A stretch of DNA of 64,000 bases, from contig OZ219866.1 of the NCBI GenBank assembly GCA_964291675.2, positions 2,336,001-2,400,000 of the forward strand, written 5' to 3'. The stretch is from Alphaproteobacteria bacterium. GTDB lineage: Bacteria > Pseudomonadota > Alphaproteobacteria > MPNO01. The notes beneath the pieces are model-generated. The model had not been told where the DNA came from, did no database searches, and worked only from the letters and a program-made list of their open reading frames with translations. Positions 49,922 to 58,476 of this stretch are shown piece after piece. Position numbers and translations under genes: made by a program. How positions within the stretch are numbered: position 1 is the stretch's first letter; each line of letters starts with the position of its first letter.

Positions 49922-50947
49922 ATGAAAGCGATGGTGCTCTACGACCGGGAGAAGCCGTTCCGCCTGGAGGAGCGCCCGGAGCCGCGCGCCGGCATGGGAG
50001 AAGCCGTGATGCGGGTGCGCGCGGCCGGGGTGGGGCTCACGCTGGTCAACATGCGGCTCGGCCGGATGGGCGGCTCGCTGCCGCGCGTCATGGGTCACGA
50101 GCTGGCGGGCGAGATCGTCGAGACCGGCGAGGGGGTGAGCGCGATCTCGGTGGGCCAGCGCTGCGCGGTCTATTTCTACCTCACCTGCGGGCGCTGCCGC
50201 TGGTGCCGCGGCGGGCGCGAGACGCTGTGCGAGAACTTCGCCGGCTTTGTCGGCGGCGACCGCGACGGCGGGTTCGCCGAATATGTCTGCCTGCCGGCCG
50301 AGAACTTCTTGCCCATCCCCGACGGCTTGTCCGACGAAGCGGCCGCCGTGGCCGCCGATGCCGTCAACACCAACTGGCACTGCATGCGCGAACGCGCGCG
50401 GATCGACGCGCACGACACGATCCTGCTGATCGGCGCGGGCGGCGGTGTCGGCATTCACGGCGTGCAGGTGGCGCGGCTGTTCGGCGCGCGGGTGATCGCC
50501 GCCGACGTGTCGGAGGAGAAGCTGGACCTCGCCCGAAGCTGGGGGGCGGAGGAGACGATCGACGTCCGCGCGGTGGACGATGTCGCGGCGGAGGCGAGGC
50601 GGCTGACCGGGGGGCGCGGCGTCGATGCCGCGGTCGACTATGTCGGTCACGGCGAGACCTTCCAGGCGGCGATCGACAGCCTCGCGACCTCGGGCCGGGC
50701 GGTGGTGATCGGCGTCGGCACGGGCAAGGCGAGCATCGATCCGTTCCGGCTGGTCCGCACCGAGCAGATCGTGACCGGCTCGCGCCACTCGACCCGCGCC
50801 GAGCTGATCGAGACGATGGAGATCATGGCGCGCGGGCTGGTCGAGCCCGTGGTCGGGATGCGGGTGCCGTTCGAGGAGGTGGAAATCGTCTTCGATGCGC
50901 TCAGGAGCGAAACCCTGCTCGGCCGCGGCGCGCTGACCTACCCCTGA
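49922..50947 (+). CDS. Zn-binding MDR alcohol dehydrogenase
   Basis: GHE, CGRCRWC..C structural Zn site, GAGGGVG. Confidence 0.9.
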   Translation: MKAMVLYDREKPFRLEERPEPRAGMGEAVMRVRAAGVGLTLVNMRLGRMGGSLPRVMGHELAGEIVETGEGVSAISVGQRCAVYFYLTCGRCRWCRGGRETLCENFAGFVGGDRDGGFAEYVCLPAENFLPIPDGLSDEAAAVAADAVNTNWHCMRERARIDAHDTILLIGAGGGVGIHGVQVARLFGARVIAADVSEEKLDLARSWGAEETIDVRAVDDVAAEARRLTGGRGVDAAVDYVGHGETFQAAIDSLATSGRAVVIGVGTGKASIDPFRLVRTEQIVTGSRHSTRAELIETMEIMARGLVEPVVGMRVPFEEVEIVFDALRSETLLGRGALTYP

Positions 50948-51009
50948 GCGGGTGCGTCGAACGCCGGGGACGGACTATAGTGCTCGGGATGCTGTTGGAG
51001 ACGTGCCGG

Positions 51010-51864
51010 ATGCCGTTCGAGGTCAATCCTCTCGGCGACCGTTTCGCGGCGGAAATCGTCGGTGTCGACCTCGCGCAGGAGCTGTCGGACGACGATTTCG
51101 CGGCGCTGCGCGCGGCGTGGTTCGACGCGGGCGTCGCGGTCTTTCGCGACCAGCATTTTTCTCCCGCCCAGCACGTCGCCTTCAGCCGCCGCTTCGGCGA
51201 TCTCATCGTCCACGTCATGCACCAGTTCCTGCTGCCGGGCCATCCGGAAATCCTGCTGATCTCCAACCGGAAGCACCCCGACGGCACGCCGATGGGCTTC
51301 GAGGATGCCGGCCGCTACTGGCACTCCGACATCTCCTACGACGAACGCCCGGCGATGGGGTCGCATCTGCATGCCGTCGAGATCCCGCCCGAAGGGGGAG
51401 ACACGCTGTTCGCCGACATGCGCCATGCCCTGAAGACCCTGCCGGACGAGCTGCGCCGGCGCATCCAAGGCCGCCGGGCGCGCCATTCCTACACAAGGAA
51501 CCACCGCAAGAACGAAACCGTCGCGGGCGGACGGCCTGCGTTCAGCGCCGAGCAGCGGGACAAGCTGAACGATGTCTCGCATCCCATGGTCCGGACCGTC
51601 GAAGACACCGGCGAGGCGGCGTTGTTCGTGAACCCCGGGTTCACCTTCGCCGTCGAAGGGATGGACGAGGCCGAGAGCGACGCGCTGCTCGCCGCGCTGT
51701 TCGAGCACAGCACGAGGGAGGCGTTCCTCTACACCCATGAATGGCGGGTGGGCGACCTCCTGTGCTGGGACAATCGCAGCGTGATGCATCGCGCGACCCA
51801 GTACGATCCGGCGGCCACGCGGCACATGCATCGCACCACCATCGCCGGCGTCCGCCCGGTGTGA
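51010..51864 (+). CDS. TauD/TfdA family 2OG dioxygenase
   Basis: WHSD, GGDTLFAD, HPMVR, WDNRSVMHRA, R.MHRTT. Confidence 0.93.
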   Translation: MPFEVNPLGDRFAAEIVGVDLAQELSDDDFAALRAAWFDAGVAVFRDQHFSPAQHVAFSRRFGDLIVHVMHQFLLPGHPEILLISNRKHPDGTPMGFEDAGRYWHSDISYDERPAMGSHLHAVEIPPEGGDTLFADMRHALKTLPDELRRRIQGRRARHSYTRNHRKNETVAGGRPAFSAEQRDKLNDVSHPMVRTVEDTGEAALFVNPGFTFAVEGMDEAESDALLAALFEHSTREAFLYTHEWRVGDLLCWDNRSVMHRATQYDPAATRHMHRTTIAGVRPV

Positions 51865-51883
51865 CCGGCGGGGGTCGATCCGC

Positions 51884-52909
51884 GTGATCGTCGACATCCA
51901 CTGTCACTACGTGCCCGAGGCCTATTTCCGCTTCCTCGAGAAGACGGACGGGTTCGACGTGCGCCGTTCCGCGACCGGGGACGAGGCGGTGGAGGTCGAG
52001 CTGGGGCGCGCGAAATTCGCCATGAACCGGACGTTCTTCGACCCCGGGCGGCAGCTTCGCCGCATGGCGGGGCTCGGGATCGATCTCAGCGTTCTGTCGC
52101 TCGCGACACCGCTCATCGACTACGCGGCGCCGGCCGGTGCGGCGCTCGCCGCCGCGCGCATCTTCAACGACGAGCTGGCCCTGCTGAGGGACCGCCACCC
52201 CGACCGGTTCGACGGCTGGGCTTTCCTGCCGATGCAGAGCCCCGCGGACGCGGCCGGCGAGCTCCGGCGCGCCGTGACCGAGCTCGGCCTGCGCGGCGGG
52301 CACATCGCATCCAATGTCGGGGGACGCTATCTCGACAGCCCGGAATTCGCGCCGGTGTTCGAGACCGCGCTCGATCTCGGCGTGCCGCTCTTCGTGCACC
52401 CCAGCAACCCCGCCGGCGCCGACCGGACGCGGAGCTACGAGCTCACGGTGGTGAGCGGCTATCTGTTCGACACCACGATCAACGTCTTCCACATGATTTT
52501 CGGCGGGCTGCTCGACCGCTACCCGGCGCTCGGCCTGTGCTGCGCGCATGCCGGCGGCTACGCGCTCCTGCTGCGGGCGCGGATGCAGCGCGAAGTGGAC
52601 ACCAACCCGGACCTGGCGCGCACCCTCTCCGGCACGGTCGACGACTATCTCGGGCGCCTCTACTACGACACGGTGTGCTTCGAGGACGGCTACCTCGCCT
52701 TTGCCTCGGACGCGATCGGGGCGGACCGGCTGGTGCTCGGCAGCGACGGCCCGTTCCCTCTCGGCGAGCCCGATCCGGTGGGCTTCGTCCGGCGCGCGTT
52801 CGGAGACCGCCCGGAGGGCGCCGATATCCTGCACCGCAACGCCGCCAAGATGTTCAACCTCGCCGGGCAGGACGCCGGCGCGTGGAAGCCCGCCGGGGAG
52901 AGGCCGTGA
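51884..52909 (+). CDS. Amidohydrolase 2 family (ACMSD/decarboxylase-like)
   Basis: DIHCH, FVHP, AHAGG, YYDT, GSDGPF. Confidence 0.88.
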   Translation: MIVDIHCHYVPEAYFRFLEKTDGFDVRRSATGDEAVEVELGRAKFAMNRTFFDPGRQLRRMAGLGIDLSVLSLATPLIDYAAPAGAALAAARIFNDELALLRDRHPDRFDGWAFLPMQSPADAAGELRRAVTELGLRGGHIASNVGGRYLDSPEFAPVFETALDLGVPLFVHPSNPAGADRTRSYELTVVSGYLFDTTINVFHMIFGGLLDRYPALGLCCAHAGGYALLLRARMQREVDTNPDLARTLSGTVDDYLGRLYYDTVCFEDGYLAFASDAIGADRLVLGSDGPFPLGEPDPVGFVRRAFGDRPEGADILHRNAAKMFNLAGQDAGAWKPAGERP

Positions 52910-54207
52910 CCGTCCGCGAAGACCGTGACTTGCGCGCGCTCGTGAAACCCGACCGGGTGCATCGCGACTTCTACACCTGCCCAAGAGTCTTCGAGCTCGA
53001 GATGGAGCGGATCTTCGCCCGCGCCTGGCTGCTCCTCGGCCATGACAGCCAGGTGCCCCGCCCGGGCGATTTCGTCACTGCGACGCTCTGCCGCCATCCG
53101 GTGATCATGAGCCGGCACCGCGACGGACGGGTGCATGTGATGTTCAACCGCTGCTCCCATCGCGGCGCCCAGATCTGCACCGAGCCCAGCGGCAATGTCA
53201 GGCGGTTCGAGTGCCCGTATCACGGCTGGGTGTACGACACCGACGGGCGCCACGCCGGCGCCCCCTATCCCGCGCGCTATGCCGAAGGCTTCCTGAAAGG
53301 GGGCGGTTTCGATCTCGCGGCGGTGCCGCGCATGGCGGTCTATCGCGGCTTCGTGTTTGCCTCGCTGAGCGACGAGGGTCCCGGGCTCGACGACTTCCTC
53401 GGCCCGATGAAGGCGCATATCGACGCCATGGTGGACCGCGCGCCCGACGGCGAGGTCGAGGCCTCGGCCGGCGCGTTCCGCTACCGCTTCCGCGCCAACT
53501 GGAAGATCCAGATGGAGAACCAGAACGACCTCTACCACCCGATGTTCACCCATGCCTCGACCACCGCCAGCGACGGCACCCAGTTCCGGCGCCACGGGGC
53601 GGAGGACGACGAGGCGGGCAGGGTGAAGCTGTTGAAGCAGAACGAGGCGCTCAACGAGCAGTGGGAGGAGCTGCCGGTCGGCGGCCACCGCTACGGCCAC
53701 ACCTATATGGGGATGTTCCCCATGGACAGGGGCCAGAGCGGGCCGGTGCACCGGCGCTACCGGGCGGCGATGGAGGCGCGCTACGGCGACCGGGCCGAAC
53801 GGGCCATGGCGGTCAGGTTCCACAACAGCATCTTCTACCCCCAGTGGTCGATCCAGTACTTGACCCAGCATATCCGCCTGATGAACCCGGTCTCGGTGGA
53901 CTGCACGGAGAACGTCATCATCCCGCTCAGGCTCAAGGGGGCGCCCGACGAGATGTGGCGCGCGGCGCTCAGGAGCAACAACAACAGCCATTCGCCGGCC
54001 GGCATGGTGATGTCGGACGACATGGAGGTGTGGGTGCGCTGCCAGAACGCGCTGACCAGCCCCGGCAACGACTGGGTGGTGTTCGCCCGCGGCATGGACG
54101 AGGAGCGGGCCTGCAACCGGGGCTCGTTCGAGGTGCGCGGCACCTCCGAAGCGAACGCCCGCCACCAGCACCGCGCCTGGCTCGACTACATGTGCGGCGC
54201 GGCCTGA
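52906..54207 (+). CDS. Aromatic ring-hydroxylating dioxygenase alpha subunit
   Basis: GTG overlap start; NRCSHRG..CPYHGW; ENQNDLYHPMFTH; DDME. Confidence 0.92.
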   Translation: MTVREDRDLRALVKPDRVHRDFYTCPRVFELEMERIFARAWLLLGHDSQVPRPGDFVTATLCRHPVIMSRHRDGRVHVMFNRCSHRGAQICTEPSGNVRRFECPYHGWVYDTDGRHAGAPYPARYAEGFLKGGGFDLAAVPRMAVYRGFVFASLSDEGPGLDDFLGPMKAHIDAMVDRAPDGEVEASAGAFRYRFRANWKIQMENQNDLYHPMFTHASTTASDGTQFRRHGAEDDEAGRVKLLKQNEALNEQWEELPVGGHRYGHTYMGMFPMDRGQSGPVHRRYRAAMEARYGDRAERAMAVRFHNSIFYPQWSIQYLTQHIRLMNPVSVDCTENVIIPLRLKGAPDEMWRAALRSNNNSHSPAGMVMSDDMEVWVRCQNALTSPGNDWVVFARGMDEERACNRGSFEVRGTSEANARHQHRAWLDYMCGAA

Positions 54208-54220
54208 CGACGGTCGTTCG

Positions 54221-54694
54221 ATGCGCGACGAGGTCGAGAGATTCCTGTACCGCGAGGCCCGCCTGCTCGACGAACGCCGGTTCGAGGAGTGGATGAACCT
54301 GTTCGCCGAGGACGGCTATTACTGGGTCCCGGCGGCGCCCGGTATGCACGATCCCTATGACGGCGTGTCGATCTTCTTCGACGACCGCGCGGTCATGAAG
54401 ACCCGCCTTCGGCGCCTCGATCACCCAAGAATCCATTCGCAGAAGCCGGCGAGCCGCACCGTCCACACGGTGTCCAATGTCGAAATCGACGAGGATTACG
54501 GCGAAGACGGCGAAATCCTGGTGCGGTCCGCCGTGACGATGCTGGAATACCGCCTGGAGAAGCAGAGCGCCTATGCCGGGCGCTGCCGCCATCTGCTGCG
54601 CGTCACCGACGGCGGCGGGTTCGAGATCGCCTGGAAGCGCGTCGACCTGATCAACTGCGACGGCGTGTTCGAGACCCTGTCGGTGCCGTTCTGA
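54221..54694 (+). CDS. Aromatic ring-hydroxylating dioxygenase beta subunit
   Basis: FLYREARLLD..W, YWVP, RTVHTVSNV, KRVDLIN. Confidence 0.93.
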   Translation: MRDEVERFLYREARLLDERRFEEWMNLFAEDGYYWVPAAPGMHDPYDGVSIFFDDRAVMKTRLRRLDHPRIHSQKPASRTVHTVSNVEIDEDYGEDGEILVRSAVTMLEYRLEKQSAYAGRCRHLLRVTDGGGFEIAWKRVDLINCDGVFETLSVPF

Positions 54695-54818
54695 CCGCGG
54701 ATCGCCGCAGCCCTCGGGACCCCGGCTTCGCTTGACACCCGGACGGTGCCCGCCCGTAGAATGGCCCGAGCGGCGCTCATGAAAGAGCGATGACGTTCCA
54801 CGCAGGGAGGAATTGGCT

Positions 54819-55856
54819 ATGTCCGAGCAACGCAGCTCCTGGTTGCGACCGGCGCTGAGGGCGGTCACCGCGACCGGCGCGGCCGGCGCGATTCTGGCCG
54901 GCGCGGCCTGGGCGTCGACGGCACAGGCGCGCGATCTCAAGATGGCGTTCTTCACCAGCCCCAAGCACCATATCTGGGCCAAGCTGATGACGCCCTGGGG
55001 CGACGGCATCACGGCGGCGAATATCGGCCTAAAGGTGGTCGGCTTCCCCGGCGGCCAGATCGGCGGCAAGCCGCCCGGCGCGTTCAAGCGGGTGGTCAAC
55101 GGCATCGCCGATATCGAGTTCGGGTTGCAGGGCTACACGTCCACGGTGTTCCCCAAGACCATGGTGGTGGAGATCCCGCTGCAATGGGGCTCGCCCACCG
55201 AGGCGACCACGGCGATGTGGAAGATCTTCGACAAGCACCTCTCGTCCGAATATGCGCGTGTCGAGGTGCTGGGCCTCTGGACCACCGACGTGCCGGTGCT
55301 GATGACCAACAAGGTCGTCCGTACCCCCGACGACCTCAAGGGCATGAAGCTCAGGACGCCGTCGCGCGACCAGGCGGCGATCATCAAGGGCCTCGGCGCG
55401 ATCCCCGTGGGCATGCCGATGCCGCAGACCTACAGCGCGATCGAGAAGGGCGTGGTCGACGGCGCGCTGGTCGGGATCTCGGTGGTGAACAGCTTCAAGC
55501 TGGCCGAGGTGGTCAAGAACTACGTCATCGGCCTGCCGATGGGTTTCTCGCCGCAGATGATGGTGATGAACAAGAAGACCTATGCCGGGCTCTCGGCCGA
55601 GCAGAAGAAGGCGATCGACGCAGAGCGCGGACTGGCGCTCAGCCTCAGGGGCGCCAAGCTCTACGAGGCGGCGCGCGCGGCGGGCATCAAGACGGTGCGC
55701 GGCCGCGAGGACACCAGCATCACCGAGCTGAGCGCGGCCGACAAGGCGGCCTGGACCGCGCGTTTCAAGACCATCGTCGGTGACTGGGTCAAGCGCTACG
55801 AGAAATCGGACCCGAACTACCAGCAGATGCTCGCCGACTATCTGGCCAAGGGTTGA
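54819..55856 (+). CDS. dctP: TRAP transporter substrate-binding protein
   Basis: Signal peptide; FPGGQIG, DLKGMKLR, YSAIEKGVVDG. Confidence 0.92.
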   Translation: MSEQRSSWLRPALRAVTATGAAGAILAGAAWASTAQARDLKMAFFTSPKHHIWAKLMTPWGDGITAANIGLKVVGFPGGQIGGKPPGAFKRVVNGIADIEFGLQGYTSTVFPKTMVVEIPLQWGSPTEATTAMWKIFDKHLSSEYARVEVLGLWTTDVPVLMTNKVVRTPDDLKGMKLRTPSRDQAAIIKGLGAIPVGMPMPQTYSAIEKGVVDGALVGISVVNSFKLAEVVKNYVIGLPMGFSPQMMVMNKKTYAGLSAEQKKAIDAERGLALSLRGAKLYEAARAAGIKTVRGREDTSITELSAADKAAWTARFKTIVGDWVKRYEKSDPNYQQMLADYLAKG

Positions 55857-56359
55857 TGGAGCCCCGCGAGGGTCCGGTCTCCCGCGCCGTCGGTATTCTT
55901 GTCACGGCCTCGGCGTATGTCGCCGGGGCCGTTCTCGTCCTGCTCATGCTGCTGACCACCGCGGATGTGGTCGGCCGCTACTTCTTCAACGCGCCGCTCA
56001 CCGGGGTGTTCGACCTCACCCAGTTCGCGGTGCTGATCATGACCTTCCTGGGCTTCGCCTATTGCGCCTGGCGCGGGGCGCATGTGGCGATCGAGCTGCT
56101 CTACAACCGGCTCGGCAGGGCCGTGCAGCGCGTCCTCGACCCGGCGATCAACCTGCTCGGCTGCGCGCTGTTCGCGCTGATCGCCTGGCGCGCGGTGGTC
56201 CAGTCGGTGGACGTGCGCGAATTCGCCGAGGCCTCGCAGCTGCTGACCATCCCGTTCTTCCCGTTCTACTGGGTGGTGGCGTTCGGGGCCGGGTCGATGG
56301 CGCTGGTGCTGGCGCTCAGGATCTTCGTGCCGGCGCCGGAAAGCGACAAATCGGCGTGA
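55856..56359 (+). CDS. dctQ: TRAP transporter small permease
   Basis: DVVGRYFFNAP, HVAIE, four TM helices. Confidence 0.9.
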   Translation: MEPREGPVSRAVGILVTASAYVAGAVLVLLMLLTTADVVGRYFFNAPLTGVFDLTQFAVLIMTFLGFAYCAWRGAHVAIELLYNRLGRAVQRVLDPAINLLGCALFALIAWRAVVQSVDVREFAEASQLLTIPFFPFYWVVAFGAGSMALVLALRIFVPAPESDKSA

Positions 56360-57660
56360 GCCCCACCCTCGTCGGCATTCTCGGCCTGGCCGGGCTGTTC
56401 CTGCTGATCTTCCTGCGCGTGCCGATCGGCATCGCGCTGGCCATCGCAGGCGCGCTCGGCTACTGGACGCTGAGCGGGCTCGATCCGACGCTCGCGCTGC
56501 TCGGCAGCGTGCCGTTCGAGATCGCCTACAACTACGACCTCAGCATCATCGCGCTGTTCGTCCTGATGGGGAACTTCGCCATGGTGTCGGGGATGAGCCG
56601 GGACCTCTACGACATGGCGCGCAGCCTGGTCGGGCACTGGCCGGGCGGGCTCGCCTCGGCCACCGTGGTGGGCTGCGCCGGCTTCGCGGCGGTCTCCGGG
56701 TCGAGCCTCGCCTCGGCGGTCACGATGGGGCGGGTGGCATTGCCGGAAATGCGCCGCCACGACTACCACCCGCGCCTCGCCACCGGCTGCGTGGCCGCCG
56801 GCGGCACGCTCGGAATCCTGATCCCGCCGTCGACCGGGTTCATCATCTACGCCCTGCTCACCGAGGAATCGATCGGCCAGCTGTTCCTCGCCGGCGTGCT
56901 GCCGGGCCTCCTGCTCACCGGCCTGTTCATGGCGACCATCGCCATCATGACGCGGCTCAACCCGGCGATCGGACCCAAGGCCGACCGGCTGGCGTGGCGC
57001 GAACGCCTGCGCTCGGTCGGCCGGTCGTTCTCCCTGATCGGGATCGTGTTCGCGGTTCTCGGCGGGATCTATTTCGGCGTCTTCACCCCGGTCGAGGCGG
57101 CGGCCATCGGCGCCTTCCTCACCCTCTGCCTGACCGTCGCGCGCGGCAGGCTCAACCTGGAGACCCTGAAATTCTGCATCCTGGAGACGGTCAAGACCTT
57201 CGCCTTCGTCTACCTGATCGTCATCGGCGCGTTTCTGTTCAACCCGTTCCTCGCCGTCACCCAGATTCCCGCCAACCTCGCGGCGGCGATGCCCGGGCTC
57301 GACCTCGCCCCGGTGACGATCCTGATCGTCATCGTGATCGGCTACATCATCCTCGGCACCTTCCTCGAAGGGCTGGCGATGATGGTGCTGACGCTCCCCA
57401 TCGTCTTCCCGCTGATCAAGGACATGGGCTACGACCCGATCTGGTTCGGCGCGCTGCTCGTGGTGATCCTGGAGATGAGCCTGATCAGCCCGCCGCTCGG
57501 GCTCAACGTCTTCGTGGTCAAGGGGATCGCCGAGGGCGTGCCGATGGGCGAGATCTTCCGCGGGATCATCCCGTTCTGGGGCGCGATGCTGATCTGCGCC
57601 GCCCTGCTGATCGCCTTCCCCGACATCGCGTTGATCCTGCCGGAGACGATGATCCGCTGA
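56356..57660 (+). CDS. dctM: TRAP transporter large permease
   Basis: LFVLMG, GTLGILIPPS, DPIWFG, SPPLGLN. Confidence 0.93.
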   Translation: MSPTLVGILGLAGLFLLIFLRVPIGIALAIAGALGYWTLSGLDPTLALLGSVPFEIAYNYDLSIIALFVLMGNFAMVSGMSRDLYDMARSLVGHWPGGLASATVVGCAGFAAVSGSSLASAVTMGRVALPEMRRHDYHPRLATGCVAAGGTLGILIPPSTGFIIYALLTEESIGQLFLAGVLPGLLLTGLFMATIAIMTRLNPAIGPKADRLAWRERLRSVGRSFSLIGIVFAVLGGIYFGVFTPVEAAAIGAFLTLCLTVARGRLNLETLKFCILETVKTFAFVYLIVIGAFLFNPFLAVTQIPANLAAAMPGLDLAPVTILIVIVIGYIILGTFLEGLAMMVLTLPIVFPLIKDMGYDPIWFGALLVVILEMSLISPPLGLNVFVVKGIAEGVPMGEIFRGIIPFWGAMLICAALLIAFPDIALILPETMIR

Positions 57661-57667
57661 CCGGCCG

Positions 57668-58396
57668 TCAGGCCCAGCCGCCGGCGAACGGCATGACGTG
57701 GCCGGTGATGAAGTCGCTCCGGTCGGAGGCGTAGAACGCCACCAGGGCTGCGACCTCTTCCGGCTTGCCGAGGCGCTTCAGCGGGATGTTCCGGGTCATT
57801 TTGGCGAGCGCCTCGGGATCGTCGACCAGCTCGGGCGGGAAATAGGTCGGGCTCTCGACGTAGTTGGGGGCGATCGCGTTGACCTGGATGTTGTCGCGGC
57901 CGAGCTCCTGGGCGAGCGACACCGCGAGCGCGTTGGCGGCGCCGCGGGCGGTCACGTAGATCGAGTAATTCGGCAGCCCGCGCAACGGCGTCGCCGAGGT
58001 GATGAACAGGATCTTGCCCCGCTTGCGCTGCTTCATCTGCGGCACCGCGGCCCCGGCCAGCTGGAAGGGAAAGACCACCATCTCGTCCAGCGCCGAACGC
58101 ATGTCCTCGGCGCTCGCCGTCTCGACGGGCGCGCGGATCGCCGCGCCCGCGTCGTTGCAGACCGCCACGTCGACCCGGCCGGCCTTCCCGGTCGCCGCCG
58201 CGACGATCTCCGCCGGCGTCTGCTCCCGGATGACGGTGAGCCCCGGATTGGCCGCGGCGAAGCCTTCCGCCGCCGCCGCATCCGCGAAGCTCCGGTCGTG
58301 GCACACCACCGTCGCCCCCTGGGCGACGAGCTCGGCCGCGACGGGCCGGCCCACGAAATGTTCGACATTGGTGACCAGGACGACGCGATCCTTCAT
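57668..58396 (-). CDS. Halohydrin dehalogenase (HheA/HheC-like, SDR fold)
   Basis: Motif 1 T-x4-F-x-G (TNVEHFVG) replaces TGxxxGxG; triad S-x12-Y-x3-R (SATPLRGLPNYSIYVTAR); halide loop APNYV..PTYFP; C-terminal FAGGW. Confidence 0.88.
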   Translation of the reverse strand: MKDRVVLVTNVEHFVGRPVAAELVAQGATVVCHDRSFADAAAAEGFAAANPGLTVIREQTPAEIVAAATGKAGRVDVAVCNDAGAAIRAPVETASAEDMRSALDEMVVFPFQLAGAAVPQMKQRKRGKILFITSATPLRGLPNYSIYVTARGAANALAVSLAQELGRDNIQVNAIAPNYVESPTYFPPELVDDPEALAKMTRNIPLKRLGKPEEVAALVAFYASDRSDFITGHVMPFAGGWA

Positions 58397-58476
58397 CGGC
58401 TTTCCTCTCCTCGTACCGCCCGTGTCATCCGGCAGGGGCGAACGCGCACGGGCGACGCCGGACCACCCGCGGCGGC

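Noticed and set aside
46088-50947. adh duplicate as a DGR template/variable repeat pair
   Set aside because: Mismatches are not confined to adenines on one strand, there is no DGR-type RT or Avd, and microhomology deletion explains the structure
54732-54762. TTGACA...TAGAAT promoter before the second dctP
   Set aside because: The 19-bp spacer is outside the usual range; plausible but not called
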